64,000 nt of DNA from contig CAIZJW010000129.1 of NCBI GenBank assembly GCA_903933385.1, positions 22,207-86,206 of the forward strand, given 5' to 3'. This document shows, piece by piece, positions 60,335 through 64,000 of this stretch. The notes beneath the pieces are model-generated. The model saw only the letters and a program-made list of their open reading frames with translations, was not told the DNA's origin and did not search any database. Within the stretch, counting starts at the first letter, position 1. Each line of letters opens with the position of its first letter. Origin of the DNA: an uncultured Silvanigrella sp. Its GTDB lineage: Bacteria > Bdellovibrionota_B > Oligoflexia > Silvanigrellales > Silvanigrellaceae. Position numbers and translations under genes: made by a program.

Positions 60335-62749
60335 TTATCGTGTCAAGCTCGAGACATTATCATTACCCACGGAAAAGATGAACTCTTGCTCACCCAATCG
60401 ACCCTTCTCCAGCGGCCAAGCCCATTCGAACCGAAATGGCGCGATTGGGGTTTGCCAGCGTAAACCAAAACCAACATCGTGCTTGAAATTTTCGATTTTG
60501 AGGGTTTCATTTTCATCGAGAACTGTTCCCGACTCCCAAAAACCAACGAGACGCAGATTGGCCTCTGGAATCAGAGGAACAAAGTATTCTCCCGCGCCAT
60601 AAATGCGCCGATTGCCACCAGCAATAATGCGGTCAACAGATTGAGCAAAGGGCCCATTCACGACTTCAATTCTCGGACCAATGACCTTCTCATCTTGGAA
60701 GTAGGCCTTCATATTATAGAGGGTTCCCAAATTGAGGCGTTCCCAATAGGGAATTGATTTGCCGGAAATCGGATAAACCATTGTGGGTTCGAGAACGAAA
60801 CGGAAGTTGGTTTTGAAGTCGTCACCAATGAGCAGCGGAACATAGTAATTGACGGCAAATTCAGCCAAACCAAATTGATTAGTGCCGGCAATACCCTGAA
60901 CTGCAAAAGCATTTGTCGCCGAAATTGAGAATCCGCTTGTGGGCATAAGGTAGTTGTCTGTTTTGTCGAAACTGAGAGATTGACTCAGTTTTTCAGTTGT
61001 CCCTTGCTTGGTGAACAAGCGGCCGATAGGCGTAATGTTGTTGCGGGTCACTTTTTCAAGCGAGTAACCACCACTCACCCGCAAATCTTCGAGCAGCTCG
61101 CGACCAACACTCAAGCCGCCGCGAACCGTTTTCGAAAATCGCTCTGGCTCAAATGCAATAGGCCGAGTGAGTTCGTAGTCGAAACTCCCAAAACCAGTCA
61201 CGCTCCAAGGGCCATCGTTCCAACTCGGCTCTGTTAGACTTAAGTTCAGACTGTAACTGCCGGTTGGAGAATAATTTGCAGACAATCCGGCGTTCCAACC
61301 CTTACCAAGCAAGTTGGCCTCAGAATACGACCCTTGAGCAAAGAAATTAATGGATCGTGTGTCAGAGGATGGAGATGCACCAAACGATGCACTGAGCGTC
61401 CCTGTTGATTTTTCTTTTACCTTGATGCGCAGGTCCATTCGGTTACTGCGAATATCTGGCTCACGGAGTATCTGAACTTCCTGGAAATAACCAAGCCGTT
61501 CAACCGCAGCCTTGCTCTTTTCTAGGCGAGTGGCATGAAACAACTCACCTTCTGCAACTTTGATATTTCTACGAATGACGTTGTCGCGAGTTTTCGCATT
61601 ACCTTCAACAATAATGCTCCGGAAATAAACTTTTTCACCCTTCGTGATAGAAAATTCTATGTCGATCTTTTTTGTTTCACGGTTGGCAAATGTTTTTGGA
61701 AGAACATCAACAAATGCATAGCCATGATCGCCATAGAGATCTGTCATCATTCGCATGTCATTTTGAAACTGCGAAATTCGAAACCACTTTCCGGTTTTCA
61801 TAGACAACTTTTCAACGAGATTGGCCTCACTATAAATTTTTTCGCCACGCTCATTTAATAAGATGTCGCCCGAAACTTTTATTTCACCAACCTGAAAGCG
61901 TTCACCTTCTTCAATATTAAAACTCACATCAACGGTTTGGCGGCCCACATCGAGGCGTGACTGAGGCGCCGAAACATTAGCCTCAGCAAATCCGTTGTCG
62001 CGATACATGTATGAGAGAAATTCTTTGTCACGATTTACAAATTCATCTTTAAAGGCACCACCGCTTGTGAGCCAAGACGACCATCGTTTCTCTCTCGTCG
62101 CCATGCTCGTTTTCAATTCAGTATCGCCAAAATAACCATTTCCAATCAGATTTACATGTGAAACCCAAACAGGATTATTTTCTATAACTTGGAAGGTGAG
62201 GATCACTTCCGTGGAATCGACAGCAGACTCCACAGTGTGGGTAGCCCTCGCCAGATAATAACCTTTCTCAACGTACATTTGCTCAATCATGCGCAAATCG
62301 GAAGTAATTTTGCGCTCGTCTAAAATCGTGTATTTTTTGACCGTGAGTTTATCAGAAAGTGTTGACGAAGAAATTGCCTCGAAACCCACAAAGCGGATTT
62401 CTTTTACGCTCGGCTTTTCATCAACCACAACGATCAACACGATGCCATTAGGCTGGGTTTGAGCATCGATGCGAACGTCTCGAAAATAGCCACTGTTGAA
62501 AATACTGCGAACATCCTCACTAATTTCCGCTGGGGCTAGCTCAGAACCTACTTTCGTATCCATGAGGCCAAGAATGGCGTCGGCCTGAACGGCCTTGCTT
62601 CCTTGAACCTTGATCTCAACAATCTTAATTGCACTGCCCGAATCCGAGGCAAGCGCATCAGTTCGACGCGCGAGCAACAGCGCGCAAAGGACAGTCAAAC
62701 ACGTCAGAATCAATAAGGCGGGCCTGGAGCGCCAAAACCTTTTGGACAT
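60335..62749 (-). CDS. bamA: Outer-membrane protein assembly factor BamA
   Basis: Signal peptide from ATG 62749 (MSKRFWRSRPALLILTCLTVLCALLLA). POTRA-type repeats (IKIVEIKVQGSKAV.., VKEIRFVGFEAIS.., VSHVNLIGNGYF.., VGEIKVSGD.., FRSIIVEGNAKTRD) and a C-terminal Omp85 barrel. Confidence 0.9.
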   Translation of the reverse strand: MSKRFWRSRPALLILTCLTVLCALLLARRTDALASDSGSAIKIVEIKVQGSKAVQADAILGLMDTKVGSELAPAEISEDVRSIFNSGYFRDVRIDAQTQPNGIVLIVVVDEKPSVKEIRFVGFEAISSSTLSDKLTVKKYTILDERKITSDLRMIEQMYVEKGYYLARATHTVESAVDSTEVILTFQVIENNPVWVSHVNLIGNGYFGDTELKTSMATREKRWSSWLTSGGAFKDEFVNRDKEFLSYMYRDNGFAEANVSAPQSRLDVGRQTVDVSFNIEEGERFQVGEIKVSGDILLNERGEKIYSEANLVEKLSMKTGKWFRISQFQNDMRMMTDLYGDHGYAFVDVLPKTFANRETKKIDIEFSITKGEKVYFRSIIVEGNAKTRDNVIRRNIKVAEGELFHATRLEKSKAAVERLGYFQEVQILREPDIRSNRMDLRIKVKEKSTGTLSASFGASPSSDTRSINFFAQGSYSEANLLGKGWNAGLSANYSPTGSYSLNLSLTEPSWNDGPWSVTGFGSFDYELTRPIAFEPERFSKTVRGGLSVGRELLEDLRVSGGYSLEKVTRNNITPIGRLFTKQGTTEKLSQSLSFDKTDNYLMPTSGFSISATNAFAVQGIAGTNQFGLAEFAVNYYVPLLIGDDFKTNFRFVLEPTMVYPISGKSIPYWERLNLGTLYNMKAYFQDEKVIGPRIEVVNGPFAQSVDRIIAGGNRRIYGAGEYFVPLIPEANLRLVGFWESGTVLDENETLKIENFKHDVGFGLRWQTPIAPFRFEWAWPLEKGRLGEQEFIFSVGNDNVSSLTR

Positions 62750-62832
62750 AAATCGAATACCCTTCTCTGAGATGGCAAGCGCGCCGAATATTTCCCATCG
62801 AGGGAAAATTTGCAAATTTACAGGGAGCTTAT

Positions 62833-63585
62833 TCACACATCAGTGTCGGCAATGATCCGACCATCTCGCATTTCAATGCGCCGCGGCAGGGAATGGGCAA
62901 AATCCTGATTGTGCGTGACTACCATCAAGGTCGTTTTGAGATCGCGATTTATTTCCGCAAAAAGAGAGTGGATGTTTGCAGCATTGCGACTGTCCAAATT
63001 TCCAGAAGGTTCATCGGCGAGCAGTAAAACAGGCTCATTGATGAGTGCCCTTGCAATGGCGACACGCTGCTGTTCTCCCCCACTTAATTGGCCAGGGTAG
63101 TGGTCTTTGCGCTTGCCCAAGCCCACCCTTTCTAGCAGAGACTGCGCGCGACGATACACCTCTGCCGTGTCACGACCCGCGATAAGTCCAGGCATGATTA
63201 CGTTTTCCAGAGCACTAAACTCAGGCAATAAATTATTGTGTTGAAATACAAAACCAACGTGTCGGTTGCGGAAATGACTCACCTGCAGATCAGATCCCCC
63301 AAACGGATCCAGGCCCCCGACTCTCACGTCCCCAGATGTTGGGGAATCAAGTGCACCAACAATATGCAACAATGTACTCTTTCCTGACCCGCTCTCACCA
63401 ACGATTGCTACACATTCGCCGCGCCGAATTGCAAAACTAACCCCCGAGAGAGCGTCCAGAGTAATCTCTCCCATCTCATAGATTTTGCACAAATTTTTCA
63501 CTTCCACTGCCAATTGATTCTGCGACGTCGAAGTGACCAAAGGAATCTCCTGCACAACTCGTTCATTTTCATTCGTTGTCAGCAT
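62833..63585 (-). CDS. lolD: Lipoprotein-releasing system ATP-binding protein LolD
   Basis: Walker A GESGSGKSTLLHIVG, signature LSGGEQQRVAIARAL, Walker B LLLADEPSGNLD. Adjacent to a LolC/E-type permease gene. Confidence 0.85.
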   Translation of the reverse strand: MLTTNENERVVQEIPLVTSTSQNQLAVEVKNLCKIYEMGEITLDALSGVSFAIRRGECVAIVGESGSGKSTLLHIVGALDSPTSGDVRVGGLDPFGGSDLQVSHFRNRHVGFVFQHNNLLPEFSALENVIMPGLIAGRDTAEVYRRAQSLLERVGLGKRKDHYPGQLSGGEQQRVAIARALINEPVLLLADEPSGNLDSRNAANIHSLFAEINRDLKTTLMVVTHNQDFAHSLPRRIEMRDGRIIADTDV

Positions 63586-63611
63586 TCAAAAAAACCTTTC
63601 TTGGCGATGAT

Positions 63612-64000
63612 TCAAACGGCACGATCGGAAAGAGTCTCTACAGGGTCAATACGCATGACTTCCACCGCAGGCCAGATTGCCGCAATGATAGACAAAACAA
63701 GACTTCCGATACTGACGCCAAGCAGATCTGGCCAAGAGACAAGAACTGGCAGGCCATGCCCCGGATAAGCGTCTTCAATAACAGACAACGGAATGCGTGA
63801 AACAATCTGCAATAAAATGAGACCAGATCCAAGACCCAGCAACACGCCGACAATCCCGATGCTGCCACCCTTGCATAGGTACAGCAAACCAAGATCAATG
63901 CGCCGCAAGCCAATGGATCGCAGGATGGCCATTTCTCTTGCTTTTCGGCGAACAGCAAGAACGAGGGTAATTGTTATGCTGAAACAGCCTACGAGGATGA
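63612..64000 (-). CDS. LolC/LolE-type (FtsX-domain) lipoprotein-release permease, C-terminal part (5' end outside the window)
   Basis: The frame is open from the window edge to TGA at 63612-63614. It reads ..RRKAREMAILRSIGLRRIDLGLLYLCKGGSIGIVGVLLG.., typical of the FtsX/LolCE C-terminal TM bundle. Confidence 0.8.
   Translation of the reverse strand, partial: ILVGCFSITITLVLAVRRKAREMAILRSIGLRRIDLGLLYLCKGGSIGIVGVLLGLGSGLILLQIVSRIPLSVIEDAYPGHGLPVLVSWPDLLGVSIGSLVLSIIAAIWPAVEVMRIDPVETLSDRAV

Noticed and set aside
1-64000. Search for mobile elements, prophage genes, defence systems (RM, TA, CRISPR-Cas, CBASS-like), and tRNA or rRNA genes
   Set aside because: I found no transposase, integrase, recombinase or Cas-like translations. 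I found no direct-repeat/spacer arrays, no tRNA-like cloverleaf candidates in the intergenic regions inspected, and no rRNA-like sequence. The window looks like core chromosome rather than an island.

Overview
Gene-dense chromosomal segment from a diderm (Gram-negative) bacterium. I call about 52 protein-coding genes. I recognised no rRNA, tRNA, CRISPR array, IS element or prophage. All calls come from reading the supplied translations and the DNA; no database search was possible, so family names are motif-based recognitions. The ORF track uses ATG/GTG/TTG and the longest ORF, so I trimmed many starts to the first start codon preceded by a Shine-Dalgarno-like site.

Layout, left to right:
(1) cdsA 3' end, then two envelope proteins and a class II DAHP synthase.
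(2) A chemosensory cluster at 3.1-9.9 kb: cheR, REC-cheA, cheW, a CheD-REC-degenerate-CheB fusion, cheB, and a divergent second cheW. It has no MCP gene and no stand-alone cheY.
(3) A 1.2k-aa lipoprotein with cadherin-like tandem modules and a 7-blade RCC1 propeller.
(4) galT, galK and a GH42 beta-galactosidase.
(5) Lipoprotein, DsbA-like, DUF2058, STAS-like, TrmH-family and M23 peptidase genes. This stretch includes a 371-nt divergent intergenic region carrying a perfect inverted DnaA-box pair next to an AT-rich tract.
(6) An eight-gene, translationally coupled cluster at 24.9-35.2 kb: TolQ/ExbB-like, two TolR/ExbD-like, a small OM barrel, three TPR proteins and an FHA/Pro-rich/Gly-rich/TonB-C-like protein. 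I interpret it as an Agl/Glt-type (Myxococcus/Bdellovibrio-like gliding) envelope motor.
(7) A RelA/SpoT-domain protein, a 1207-aa FAD/Fe-S (YdiJ-like) oxidoreductase, a mutarotase-like protein and htpG.
(8) Several repeat-bearing envelope proteins of unknown function: a QNP-repeat lipoprotein, an SxxC thioredoxin-like protein, a large OM protein and a LysM protein with a (TP)15 microsatellite linker.
(9) A 16-kb co-directional envelope-biogenesis string: lolC/E, lolD, bamA, skp, lpxD, fabZ, lpxA, lpxB, msbA, lpxK, nudix, wzz, scoA, scoB, aroA.

The gene content suggests a Bdellovibrionota/Myxococcota-like organism (inference only). The most interesting candidates are the Agl/Glt-like cluster, the unusual CheD-REC-pseudoCheB fusion inside an MCP-less Che cluster, the cadherin/RCC1 lipoprotein and the stand-alone RelA/SpoT-domain protein.
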